Shown here piece by piece: positions 10,707 through 23,372 of a stretch of 64,000 nucleotides of DNA; position 1 is the stretch's first letter; each line of letters begins with the position of its first letter. The notes under the pieces are model-generated. The model was not told the origin of the DNA, made no database searches, and saw nothing but the letters and a program-made list of their open reading frames with translations. Position numbers and translations under genes: made by a program. The stretch comes from Octopus sinensis. Taxonomy: Eukaryota. The stretch is from the NCBI RefSeq assembly GCF_006345805.1, contig NC_043012.1, forward strand, positions 1,984,001 through 2,048,000, given 5' to 3'.

Positions 10707-10850
10707 TGAATTATAAATGGCACAATTTCGGAACATGAGTGATAGATCTTCAACAAAATTTTCAGTGTATTTATATTCTGCATCCACAACTTTATGTTTT
10801 ATCGTTCGAAGGTCAATTGGGTTGGCAATTAATTCGTAATAATCAGGGAC
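10707..10850 (-). CDS. BAZ1B: BAZ1B exon, bromodomain core
   Basis: ttcag|VPDYYELIANPIDLRTIK...FVEDLSLMFRNCAIYNS|gtaagg; 144 nt; phase 0-0; conserved Asn present. Confidence 0.95.
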
Positions 10851-12504
10851 CTGAATAGAAAAGGAGACAAATAAAGAAAGGTCATTTGGCAATTTACTGA
10901 GAAGAAGAAGAATGTATTAATCCTTTAGCATTCAGATTGTTCTGTTAAATCATCATCATCTTTGTTTGTCTGTCTTCCATGTTGGCATGGGTTGGATGGT
11001 TTGAAAAGATCTGGCCATGCAGAAGGCTGCACCAGACTTCTGTCTCTGTTTTGGCAGGGTTTTTTTTTGCTTGGATGCTCCTCCTAACACCAACCACCCA
11101 GCAGAGTGGACTGAGTGCTTTTTACATGGCACGAGCACAGGTGAGGTCAGTTTTGGCAGTTTTTACAGCTGGATGCCCTTCCAAATGCCAACCACTTTAC
11201 AAATGTCGACTTTATGCTTTTATATATATATGTATATATATTGTTTCTTTTATTCTTTTACTATTTCAGTCATTTGATAAATCGATCCCAGGACTTATTT
11301 CTTAAGTCTAGTAATTATTCTATTGGTCTTTTGATGAACCGCTAAGTTACAGGGACAGTGCTTTTTATTAACATTGTTTTGACTTAATCATGAATTATCT
11401 TGTAGCTTCATATATTTGATGATATGGTAATTTATTTTTAGAATGACATTGTAGGGTACAAGTGAGGGGCCGGATTTGGCCACTTTGAACATAAAGCAAG
11501 TAGTGTATTTTGGCCAAATATGGCCGGTTTAAATGCTAAAGGGTTAAGTTATAAAAGCTTTAAATCCCAGATAAACACAATACTCTGTAAGTTGAACTAA
11601 TCTTATTCAACCTTTAGCATTTAAACCAGCCATATCAAGCCTCAAATATTCTCCTTGTTTTATGTTCAAACTAACCAGATCTGGCCTCTTGCACCTACCC
11701 TACAATATCAGTCTAAAAATATATAACCATATTACAGAGATGTCAAAGCTACAAGATAACGCATCATTAATTCAAAACAATGTGAGTAAAAATCATTACA
11801 GTTGACAGAGTAATTTGAATGCTGAACAGTTAAAGGTCTTTGCTGAATAGACCTTAATAAGAATAAGGTGTCAATATTCCAGAAGATTAATCTAATTTTT
11901 AGAATGTATATTTATATACATTATTTATATAAACTATGTCTGTGTTGTAAAGAAGTCCATATTTTGATGATGAGATTTTAAATTCGGTCCTTCTGCGTGG
12001 GAACCATGTTATAGGATTGGGATGACCAATGCCTTGTGAGTGAAATTTGGTGGACAGAAACCTCTATGGAGGTTCATCATCCATTTGTTCATTCGATTTA
12101 ACGTCTGCTTTTCCATGCTAGCATGAATTAACTGAATATAGTATTCAAGGCAATGTTTTACAGCTAGATGCTCTTACTGATACTAATCCTTATGGTATCA
12201 TCATCACCATTTAATGCCTGTTTTCCATGGTTTGGACAGTTTGACAGAGGCTGGTGAGTCAGAGGACTGAGACAAGCTTTGCTATCGATTTTTGCATGGT
12301 TTTCTATGGCTGGATGCCCTTCCTAGTGCCAGCCACTTTACAGAGTATACCAGATGCTTTTTACAAGGCACCAGCATGCATGCATGCATGTGTGTGTGAG
12401 TGAATTCTAAAAGATCAACTAAGGATAATTTGTGAATAATTAAATAAACAGATTTTCAATGTAAGAGTATTGTAAGAAGCTTCTTTGTTTTTTTCTTAAC
12501 AAAC

Positions 12505-12582
12505 CTGTCGTTCATCAACGGGAAGTCTGAATGGCCAACTGCTCTTGTTTATTATCAACCGAATTAAAATTGCTTCACAAAT
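12505..12582 (-). CDS. BAZ1B: BAZ1B exon, bromodomain Z helix/WPF shelf
   Basis: tttttag|ICEAILIRLIINKSSWPFRLPVDERQ|gtttgt; 78 nt; phase 0-0. Confidence 0.93.
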
Positions 12583-12918
12583 CTAAAAAGAGATACAAAT
12601 TGGCAATTTATTAGATTGTGTGTATATATTTGTATGAGTGAAAGTGTTTACATGTGTGTGTGTGTGATTCTCAATATAGAACACAGTTATCATACTTTAA
12701 ATGTAAATAAGATTTGTGCAACTGATTGCATCAAAAGACAGGAGTATCTGTTAAGGTCAAATAGAGATGAATACAGTATCTGGATGATTAGGTGGCAGAA
12801 ACAAGAGGGTAGTCACACTAAGTAACAATATCCAGGAAAAGAAAACCTATCATTCATCTGTTGTTTGATAAAGCTTATTGCAAAAACGGAAAGAAATCAA
12901 TATATTTCAGTTGTCTAA

Positions 12919-13139
12919 CCCTTTAGCATTTAAACCGGCCATATCTGGCCCAAAGTATTCTGCCTGTTTTATGTTCAAACTGGCCAGATCAGGTCTCTCA
13001 CATCAACCCTACAATATCGTTTTAAAAATTAACAGCTACCTTATCAAATTCTCATAATTACAAGATAATGCATGATTAGTTCAAAACAAAGTGGATGAAA
13101 AAGCATTAATTTTGGTAGAATAATGCGAACACTAAAGGG
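12919..13139. mobile_element. TTAA-type (piggyBac-like) MITE family 1, 221 bp
   Basis: CCCTTTAG...CTAAAGGG termini with CTAA/TTAA flanks. Complete sister copies at 56074-56294 and 60218-60439. Partial or older copies near 11370-11830, 20930, 25720, 32460, 35165, 42610 and 52200-52830. Confidence 0.82.
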
Positions 13140-13143
13140 TTAA

Positions 13144-13364
13144 CCCTTTCGTTACCAACCCGGCAGAAACAGCCTCTGGCTCTATAGTACATATGTCTTG
13201 TTTCCATAACTTTTGAATTAAAATCTTCCACCAAACCTTAGTCACAATTTATGTTCCTAACATTAGCTTAATGGTAACTAATTTATTTTACTAAATTCTT
13301 TGTTATATTTAAAGTAATTGAAAGAAATACGGAACATCTCATAATAAATACAGTAACGAAAGGG
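13144..13364. mobile_element. TTAA-type (piggyBac-like) MITE family 2, 221 bp
   Basis: Perfect 12-bp TIR CCCTTTCGTTAC/GTAACGAAAGGG, with TTAA at 13140-13143 and 13365-13368. Relatives near 20590-20795, 26415 and 55673. Confidence 0.88.
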
Positions 13365-13396
13365 TTAAAAGAGATTATTGTGATAGACACATATAA

Positions 13397-13784
13397 ATGG
13401 AAGCACTCCGTCGGTTACGAAGACGAGGGTTCCGGTTGATCCGAATCAACGGAACAGCCTGCTCGTGAAATTAACATGTAAGTGGCTGAGCACTCCACAG
13501 ACACATGTACCCTTAACGTAGTTCTCGGGGATATTCAGCGTGACACAGAGAGTGACAAGGCCGGCCCTTTGAAATACAGGTATAACAGAAACAGGAAGTA
13601 AGAGTGAGAGAAAGTTGTGGTGAAAGAGTACAGCAGGGATCACCACCATCCCCTGCCGAAGCCTCGTGGAGCTTTTAGGTGTTTTCGCTCAATAAACACT
13701 CACAACGCCCGGTCTGGGAATCGAAACCGCGATCCTATGACCGCGAGTCCACTGCCCTAACCACTGAGCCATTGCGCCTCCACA
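13397..13784 (-). mobile_element. tRNA-derived SINE family B, full length
   Basis: Minus strand begins TGTGGAGGCGCAATGGCTCAGTGGTTAGGG (A box)...GGTTTCGATTCCC (B box). 3' stem-loop GTTCC-GTTGAT/ATCAAC-GGAAC. Degenerate heads at ~15243-15340 and ~15565-15660; tails near 22890-23010 and 39100-39180. Confidence 0.88.
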
Positions 13785-13957
13785 ACACATATAAATATGG
13801 AGACATACAACATGAATTGTATTTTGTGCAGCAACCTCTGATGATGTGAGTGTAGAGGATTATGAATGGTCACTGAAACACATTTAATGATGTTTTAAAA
13901 TAATTGATTTCATAATATACTCTTTAGACTTGATTTTTGTACACCCATACACATATA

Positions 13958-14366
13958 GGCGCAGGAGTGGCTGTGTGGTAAGTAGCTTGCTAACCAACCA
14001 CATGGTTCCGGGTTCAGTCCCACTGCGTGGCATCTTGGGCAAGTGTCTTCTGCTATAGCCCCGGGCCGACCAATGCCTTGTGAGTGGATTTGGTAGATGG
14101 AAACTGATAGAAGCCTGTCGTATATATGTATATATATGTGTGTGTGTGTGTGTGTTTGTGTGTCTGTGTTTGTCCCCCTAGCATTGCTTGACAACCGATG
14201 CTAGTGTGTTTACGTCCCCGTCACTTAGCGGTTCGGCAAAAGAGACCGATAGAATAAGTACTAGGCTTACAAAGAATAAGTCCCGGGGTCGATTTGATCG
14301 ACTAAAGGCGGTGCTCCAGCATGGCCGCAGTCAAAATGACTGAAACAAGTAAAAGAGTAAAAGAGT
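13958..14366 (+). mobile_element. tRNA-derived SINE family A, full length
   Basis: GGCGCAGGAGTGGCTGTGTGG (A box), GGTTCAGTCCC (B box), CORE-like CTTGGGCAAGTG segment, internal (TA)/(TG) tract and (AGTAAAAG)n tail. Confidence 0.92.
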
Positions 14367-14430
14367 ATATTACAAACGAAAGAGATACATCACAGATAAA
14401 CTAAACAAGTAAATTTACCAAGATTTAACC

Positions 14431-14832
14431 TTTACTCTTTCATTTGTTTCAGTCATTTGACTGCGGCCATGCTGGAGCACCGCCTTTAGTTAAACAAATC
14501 AACCCCAGAACTTATTCTTTGTAACCCTAGTACTTATTCTATTGGTTTCTTCTGCCAAACTGCTAAGTTACGGGGACCTAAACACACCAGCATCGGTTGT
14601 CAAGCGATAATAGGGGGAGGTAAGACAAACATAGTCACAAATACATACACACACACATATATATATATATATGATGGGCTTCTTTCAGTTACCCTCAACC
14701 AAATCTACTCACTAGGTTTTGGTCGGTCAAAGGCTATAGCAGAAGACGCTTGCCCAAGGTGCCACGCAGTGGGACTGAACCCAGAACCATGTGGTTGGTA
14801 AGCAAGCTACTTACCACACAGCCACTCCTGCA
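14431..14832 (-). mobile_element. SINE family A, inverted relative to 13958-14366
   Basis: Reverse-complement homology over ~400 bp, about 85% by eye. Confidence 0.9.
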
Positions 14833-16589
14833 CTTTTGTTCAATTCTTAAATTCAGTGTGGACAATTTTATTTGATACAATATTCCCATGATCCTTTGCA
14901 ACCTACTGCAAAACACAAACTACAAACCCCTGTTGCTATCATTTCATTCTGATGCTGAGACTGACAAAACCTTGGAATGTTAATGGCTTTAAGGATGCTA
15001 TTGTGAAGAACTAATAAGGTAAGAAGAAAAGAAAAATCACTCATAAAAAAGAACAAACTTGAACATGGATGTGTTTATATGATGGACTTTCCCATCAAAG
15101 ATGACGTATGAGTGTTCAGCTTTTTCCAAACAATCTGCACAAAATTATTTGTTTTTATTGTGATCAAATCAGCGTTGTCTGAACAGGTGTATGGTGTACC
15201 GTGCATCAGGTGTTGAAGTGATTGCCAGAGCAATATGAGATGAAGTGTTTTACTCAAGAACACAACACACCACTTGGTCTAAGAATTGAAATCATGATCT
15301 AGTGATCATGAGTGCAACACCCTAACCACTAAGCCATGTGCACTCACACACACACAAACATATATATATATAAACTATGTACATGTAGTACTGAGCATAT
15401 CATTGTATCAACCAAACAATTGAATGTTATACACTGCTGACCACAATGCACTTCCTCACATTGGTGTAGTTCCATAAGGTGCCATGCCACTCTTGAACAG
15501 AACACCAGTCTGTCACAGGGTGACCCGTTTACAGCTGAGTGCGCTGGAGCTACATAAAATGAAGAATTTTGTTTTATAACACAATACACCACTTGTCTGG
15601 GAATTGAAACCACGATCTTGCAAACACTTAGTGCAACACCCTAACCACCAGGCCACACATCTTCAGGGTGAGTATTTATATTCTTTACTACTCTAGGCAT
15701 AAGGCCTGAAATTTTGGGGGAGGGGGGGGCGGGCTAGTTGATTAGATTGACCCCAGTATGCAACTGGTACTTAATTTATCGACCCCAAAAGGATGAAAGT
15801 CAAAGTCGAACTTGACAGAATTTGAACTCAGGACATAAAGATAGACGAAATACCACTAAGTATTTCACCTGGCATCCTAAAGTTTCTGCCAGCTCACCAC
15901 CTTGGTGAGTATATATATCGGAACACAAATGCAACTGCCATTTTAACCAATAATATCTGACGACACTCACCCATCCAACTTCATTTTATGTAGTCAGCCA
16001 ACAGATGTAGTTCATTGTCTGCCACAGAAAAAATTCCTGTTCCACTATATATGATCACAGATACCCTTCACAAGGCGTCATTCAAATTTATTTTCCTATT
16101 ATCTCTGTCCACCACCTTGATTTCAAACATACACACATTCACACAACTCTTCAGTTAACAATGAGATGTCATTCAGTTCTATTTTGCTAAACATGCCACC
16201 CCATTCTCTTGATTACATACACTCATCCTTTTCTATCCACACAAGTTCATGACATCAAACCAAAGATTTATAGTATGTATTCTCACGAAAAAGCATTCAG
16301 CCGTAAAAAAACACACTCAGAAGCATAGCGCAGGCCCCCGCCTGGTCAGCTCCTGTCAAATGGTCCAACTCATGCCAGCATGGAAGGAGGATGTTAAATG
16401 ATGACGATGACGATTCTTTTGTAAGTCCTTGAGCTGTCTTTTTCTTTCTAGCAACCTGACTAAATGCTCCGTTCACAATATAGCTTGACCACACAAAGTG
16501 TTTTCAGGACGATAAGCATTCTTAGTCTACATCTACACAGACACCTCAAAAGTAAATAGACGCCGTCATTTAATCTAGTATTTAGCAGA

Positions 16590-16895
16590 CATACTTTATA
16601 AGCACCATCCGATCTTGGCCGTTGCCAGCCTCGCCTGGCCTCCGTGCCGGTGGTACATAAAAAGCACCATCCGATCGTGGCCGTTTGCCAGCCTCGTCTG
16701 GCACCTGTGCCGGTGGCACATAAAAAGCACCCACTACACTCACGGAGTGGTTGGCGTTAGGAAGGGCATCCAGCTGTAGAAACACTGCCAGATCAGACTG
16801 GGCCTGATGCAGCCTCCTGGCTTCCCAGACCCCAGTTGAACTGTCCAACCCATGCTAGCATGGAAAGCAGACGCTAAATGATGATGATGATGATG
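16590..16895 (+). mobile_element. RTE 3'UTR copy
   Basis: Two hairpin units + conserved tail + (GAT)n. Confidence 0.88.
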
Positions 16896-17064
16896 TAACC
16901 ATTTGAGCAGTGTACTAATGAATAGTCTGCACAGATACAATGGTATACTGAATGGGTATCTGTGTTTACTAATGAGATGTCTGTGTATACATTTGGATCT
17001 TGCAAATTTCAACCAACATACCTACAAGAGAAGCAACACTGACTCAAATACTGATATATATTTC

Positions 17065-17287
17065 TTTACTACCCACAAGGGGCTAAACACAGAGGAGACA
17101 AACAAGGACAAACGGATTAATCGATTACATCGACCCCAGTGCGTAACTGGTACTTAATTTATCGACCCCGGAAGGATGAAAGGCAAAGTCGACCTCGGCG
17201 GAATTTGAACTCGGAACGTAACGGCAGACGAAATACGGCAACGCATTTCGCCCGGCGTGCTAACGTTTCTGCCAGCTGGCCGCCTTA
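17065..17287 (-). mobile_element. tRNA-derived SINE family C
   Basis: Minus strand GGCGGCCAGCTGGCAGAAACGTTAGC...GAGTTCAAATTCC (B box)...GTCGACTTTGCCTTTCATCCTT. Other copies at ~15685-15905, 32125-32280, 39480-39620 and 60450-60635. Confidence 0.85.
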
Positions 17288-18639
17288 TACTGATATAGGG
17301 AAGGGAGGTGACTCTTAAGTCCAGCCACAGTGAACCTCACACGTGCTAGTGACAGGAAGAGCATCCAGCCATAGAAAAACCAAGACAGCAACAAAGATTG
17401 TCAATTGTTCTCTTTTTTTTTTGTGCATACCAGAGGACAAGGGATCACGACAAGTGTTAGGACACAACGCTGGATTAAACCCATTTAGTCATGGAAAAAT
17501 GGACAGATGACGATGATGATTATAAGAAGTAATGTTGCACAGTTATTGTGCAATGAACCAATTAATGAAGGACTTGTATAGCATTTGAACTTGTACTATT
17601 ATTAAATGCTTTGCTTCCAAGCAAGATATCTGAGTATCCAACATGTCCCCCATGGAAGGCAGGAAACTGATCCTTAGAGCTGCAAACAGACTGCTGGAAC
17701 TCCTGTAAGATATATTCTCTTTTTTTTCTTCTTTTTTCTGTCTTTTAAACCAATCCTGCAGAGCAATGGATGAGAAGGGAAGGGCATCTCATTGTTACGC
17801 TCCTCCATTCATAAACGAGGTTTACTTGTTTAGCCCAGGTAAGTACTGAGTGAAAAATCCTATTATCAGAGGCATTCCAGTTATGGCCAGCCATCCTGTC
17901 TTTTTCTCTATATCAGTGAAAATGTCATTCAATGTATCCTTTCTTTATTGTCTCCTCATCACCAATTTCCATCCACACCAGAGCAGTAGTCTCATTGTGT
18001 ATGCGTATACACATGTGGTATGGCCAAACAGTTAATAAGTTTGTCTCCAAATCAAAAGGTCCTAGGTTTGATCCCATTGCAAGGCATCTTGGGAAAATGG
18101 ACATTTTAAAAAAATTGGGCAGATCCATACATTGTGAGTGAAATTGGATAGCTGGAAACTATATAGAAGCCTCTGTTGGATGGACTGTACCAGCAATTCA
18201 AAGGTACAGCTTAGTCACACACTGTGTCATGCTGATTGTGTCTGAAAATTACACTGGAGAGTAGATGTACCTGTAGAATGTTCTCAGTCAATTACAGGTT
18301 ACTTCAGGAGCAGATAACTCAGTTGACTGAGCAACTGAATCCTCGTAGCCAAACGATGAAGATCCCTGCACCCCTCTTCATATGTATGTCTATCTATATG
18401 GTGCAAGTACCCTGCCTCCTCAGGTTTATAGATTTGTGAGCGACATAGTGACTTCAATAAATGCCAGTGCCCCCACCCCCACCCCAAAAGTGACCCAGTA
18501 CAGACTGTAAAGTGGTTGGTGTTAGGAAGGGCATCCAACAGTAGAAACCATGCCAAAGCAAAAAATTGGAACACAATGCAACCCATAGATTCATCAGATC
18601 CTTGTCAAACATCCATGCCAACATGGACATTAAACGATT

Positions 18640-18915
18640 GCCAGCTTCACCTGGCCCCCGTGCCGGTGGCACGTAAAAGCACCATCCATTCGTGGCCGTT
18701 TGCCAGCTCCGTCTGGCACCTGTGCGGGTGGCACGTAAAAAGCACCCACTACACTCACGGAGTAGTTGGCGTTAGGAAGGGCATCCAGCTGTAGAAACAC
18801 TGCCAGATCTGACTGGGCCTGATGAAGCCTTCCGGCTTCACAGACCCCAGTTGAACCGTCCAACCCATGCTAGCATGGAAAGCGGATGCTAAATGATGAT
18901 GATGATGATGATGAT
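18640..18915 (+). mobile_element. Short RTE-tail element (~275 bp), inserted at the tail of an older RTE-tail copy
   Basis: Starts GCCAGC..CTGGCCCCCGTGCCGG directly after GGACATTAAACGAT. Same subfamily as 46366-46639 and 58419-58679. Confidence 0.88.
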
Positions 18916-20129
18916 ATAGTTACTAGTTGTTTTGTGTATACAATGATACCACAAAATAAGAGAACTTTATATCCAGGTAAATATTTAATGTGTGAGATTA
19001 TAGACAGAGCCTACAACATTCAGTCACTCAGCTTCAAGTCCTTTACTGTTGCACATTCACCAGAAAGGGGTGGTTGATGGGCAATGATCCTTCTAATTGT
19101 TTTGCTGTGGGTGTTCTCAGCAATTTACTTGAGACCCAATTTTGTCTTCCAATGGGAAGTGTGTGTCAAGGCAAGTAACCATCTTCGCTTAAAAATATTC
19201 AATTTCATTTTGAAAACCTTGTGTGCACACATCTTATTGCCCATGTGCACGCACATGCATGAGTATAGTTTTAGAGGGAACAATAATAATGTCGATGGAG
19301 CAACAAACCCCTGCTTGATTTTCATTCATATTTATATTTTGTCTTTAACTTGTTTCAATCATTTGACTGCAGCTATGTCAAGACTCTACCTTGAAGGGCT
19401 TCAGTCAAACAAATCAACCCCAATCCCTTTTTCTTTATGAATTTGGTACTTATTCTTTGTTCTTTTTGCTGAACCACTAAGTTATGGTGATGTAAACAAA
19501 CCAACACACTGGAGGACAAACACACTGATATATACATGTATGTGATGAGCTTCTTTCAGTTTCTATCATGGGGCTATTGTAGAAGACATGTGTCCAAGGT
19601 GCTGCGTAGTGGGACTTGAACCCAAAACCACATGATTGGGAAGCAAGCTTCTTAACCACACAACCAATACTATTGATATCCAGATACTTTCTCAAAAGTT
19701 AACATTCCATTTGACAAAAATAAAGAATGAAGAACCAATGACATAGGCTGTATGTGGTCACCTGACCTGCTAGAAAAAGCTGCAAAGTCTACCTCAAATC
19801 ACACCCTACCATCTTAAAAGAAAAAAAGATAAGTTCAAACTACACAATAACTTGAAAACGATGGTGTGATGGTTATGGCTGGAATGTCTTGAGATCTGCT
19901 TGACCAATGATGCCTTGGAGCTACACAAGAACATCTACTGAACTAATTCTTTTTCTTTCTCTAATCTGTACAGATCCTCAATATTTATTGATGTTCATCA
20001 GCATCACAATTCTCGTGACTCTTGTTGTTTAGTTCCCAAGTCAACTTTGATCAAGCGGCCCTCCAGTAGTGACCATCCTATTTTTTATCATACTATCAGT
20101 ATCATTTCATTTTTTTTCAAGACGATAGT

Positions 20130-20510
20130 TGTATAATGTGAGGGAGATTTGGCTGCCATATCTAGCAAGTTGATTGGCTTGTGCAATCTGAGAGAGCTTT
20201 GGTTGATATTTACAGCAGGTTTGAGTGGCCTCAAAGAAGGTTGTTGAATATGTGAGAAATTTGGCTGCTATTTTCAGTATTTTGGATTATTACATAGTGA
20301 CTTCTTTGTTAGCTTGTGTAGTTTTGATGGCTATTTCTAGCAGGTTGAGTGGTCATACAGAGGATTGCGTAATTTAAGGGAGATTTGGTTATTTCTAAAA
20401 CATCAAGTAGTTGCACAGTCTTTCTTATTGGTTCATGTAATTTCAGAAGAATTTGGCTACCATTTCTAACAGATCAAGTAGCAACATATAAGCCTCTTTC
20501 ATTGGCCCAT
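20130..20510 (+). repeat. Degenerate tandem array (~60-70 bp unit)
   Basis: About six diverged copies of GGGAGATTTGGCTGCTATTTCTAGCAGGTTGAGTG. Solo copies near 24135, 24285 and 25970. Confidence 0.6.
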
Positions 20511-23109
20511 ATACCACATAATTTCATAATTCTATAAACTTCACCATTGCTTCAGACTATGTCATCACTACTTCACTCCACAAGTAACTTAACTAACCCA
20601 GCTGAAACCACCTCTGGCTCTGTAGTACAAATGTCCTGTTTTTAATTAGAATCTTCCACCAAACCTTAGTCATAATTAATGTTCCTAACACTAGCTTAAT
20701 GATATCTAAGTTATTTTAACTAAATTCTTTATATTTCAAATTAATTGAAAGAAACAAAGAACATCTCAAAATAAATATGGTACCAAAAGGGTTAACATAT
20801 ACAGCACTTCGAGGCCCCCTCACCCAGAAGAGCTCAAAATCTTCAGTGGTTTTTCAAAGCTGCTGATATCCTGAATTACTCCAAATGTATCTCTTGTATT
20901 TAAAACATCTGGTTTCTTCTTCTCAACCCTTTGGCATTCAAATTACTGTCAAATGTAATGTTTATTTATTCACATTGCTTCAAATCAATTATACATTAGC
21001 TTGAAGGGTAGGTGTGAAATCCTGGATCTGGGTGGTTTGAATATAAAACAGAATATTTGGACCAGATACAACCAGTTTAGATATTAAAGGGACAATCTAG
21101 TCTGTAATACATCCTGCTCAACATTTTGTGTATCCAGTGTTTGTTTGCATTGACAATTAGTTTTTAGTTCATTTAGCTCCAGCTTAAAAAAAAGTTTTCT
21201 GAAGCCATGAGGCTTGTGAGGTTTACTGTTAACTAGTTTTATTTGTGGTCACCTTTAGCTTTTTTGAATTCCTTAATGATTTCATTTATAGTGGATCATT
21301 AGACAGGTTCACCTCTGGCCCCTTGTTAAAGTAGCCAAACGAGCAAAATAGCTTCCATGCAGTTGTACAACCTACTTTAATTAGCTACCAACTTTCATCC
21401 AAATTTCAGCTTAGAGTCACAAAAATAGATTAATGTATGGGATAGTCCTGATTATATAACAGGAAAAAACAAAGGACAACAGAATAGAGAAAGCTTTGGC
21501 CTCTATTTAATTAGTGCCTTAGTCATGCAGGACCATAAAATTGGTGGTTGAAGAACATAAATGAACTAAGAGAAAGTTGTAAGTCTAGTCTAAAAATTTT
21601 GATTTATTGATTAGTCATGTTAATTGCTAGGCTTCTGAGGTTCAGATGTGGTTATGTGGTCAAGAAGGTCACTTTAAAACCTTATGGTTTTTATCTTCAG
21701 TCCCACTGTGTGGCACCTTGGCCAAGTGTCTTCTTTTATAGCCATGGGTTGATCAAAGCCTTGTGAGTGGATTTGGTTAATGGAAATTGAAAGACTTTTG
21801 AGTTTGTGTGTGTGTGAGTATTTCTTTATCATGACATCATGTGGTAGTTGCAAATAAATGTCACTATCTCACGAGTGGTGGCCATTCATTTCCAATCTTC
21901 ATAAAAAAAACATTCATCCAAAAACAAATATAAACTTGCTTGAAAACAAGGTTAGTGACAGGAAAGGCATCCCAGCCATAGAAAATCCTCCTCCATCTGA
22001 CCCATGCAAATATGGAAAAGTGGACATTAAGACAATGATGATGATATTAATTTAGTTACTTTGGGGCTTCTTCACTCACGATCTTACTCCAACATCTTTT
22101 CTAAATCTTTAGTTAGAACCAGGATATGATCAAATAGATTTCCCCATTTGTGTTGATGCTACATGAAAAGCAATCCGTACACTCTGTAAAGTGGTTGACA
22201 TTAGGAAGAACATCCAGTCATAGACACCATGCCAAAACAGACAAATGGAGACTGGTGCAGCCCTTCCATTTGCCATACCAGCCCCAGTCAAACCATCCAA
22301 CCCATGCCAGCATGGAAAATGGATGCTAAATGATGATGAACACATTTTGAATTCCTTTGAGATGAAAAACTTTCAAGACTAAAATGAAGAGGGCTAAGGG
22401 AAAAAATCATGCTAAACAATTGCTCTATACATTTAATTCTTCATTGAGATCTGCATCAGATTGAAATCAACTTTATTTTTCATCATCATCACTATGAATC
22501 TTTCTACAAACTTTAAGACATCTGTTTGGTAGTGTACATCTGTTGGTGCAATAACTACATCAACCATCATGAATAATATCTGATTAGCGATACCTGCAAT
22601 GGCTGGCTTGCAAAGCAAGCAGCCAAATATCATTTATTAAGGATGGCCTGTGGAGGCCAAGAGTACCACCCTTTCCTTCAGACTTAGCAAGCTAATAAAA
22701 AATTTTAAAAAATCCTACTAAGCCATCAAACAAAACTCATGGCTCAGTGATTAGAATATTTGGCTCACAAGTTTTATTTCCAGTAGCATGTTGTGTCCTT
22801 GAGCAGGACACTTTATTTCATGTTGCTCCAGTCTAGTCAGCTGGCAAAAATGAGTAGTACCTGTAATACAGCCATGTCACATTAAATCTCCTTGAGAACT
22901 ATGTTAAGAGTACGTGTGTCTGTGGAGTGCTCAGCCACTTGCATGTTAAATTTCAAGAGCAAGCTGTTCTGTTGATTGGATCAACTAGAAAACTTGTCGT
23001 CATAACCAACAGTGTCAGTTTTATTTAATGTGGCCCTGAGAGCACAGTGCCTGAGAATGGATGAAAGAGGGTCACAACTGAAATGCTTTTGGTCTTGTTT
23101 GCTGGATAC

Positions 23110-23372
23110 ATCATCATCATCACTTAACGTCCGTTTTCCATGCTAGCATGGGTTGGACGGTTTGACCGGGGTCTGGTAAGCCATGGAGGCTGCACCAGGC
23201 TCCAGTCTGATTTGGCAGTGTTTCTACAGCTGGATGCCCTTCCTAATGCCAACCACCTCATGAGTGTAGTGGGTGTTTTTTACGTGCTACCGGCACAGGA
23301 GCCAGCGCAGGCTGCCAAACGGTCACGATCGGTTGGTGCTTTTATGTGTCACCAACACGGACGCCAGGCTAA
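23110..23372 (-). mobile_element. RTE 3'UTR copy
   Basis: (CAT)n + conserved tail on the minus strand. Another copy at 24723-24882. Confidence 0.85.

Noticed and set aside
13690-13784. tRNA-like sequence with A and B boxes
   Set aside because: No pairing acceptor stem, and it runs straight into a SINE body. It is a SINE head, not a tRNA gene. The same applies to the family A and C heads.
18815-18845. CTGATGA followed by a GAAGCC/GGCTTC stem, resembling a hammerhead
   Set aside because: No GAAA or stem III follows. It is a point variant of the RTE tail sequence CCTGGTGCAGCC.
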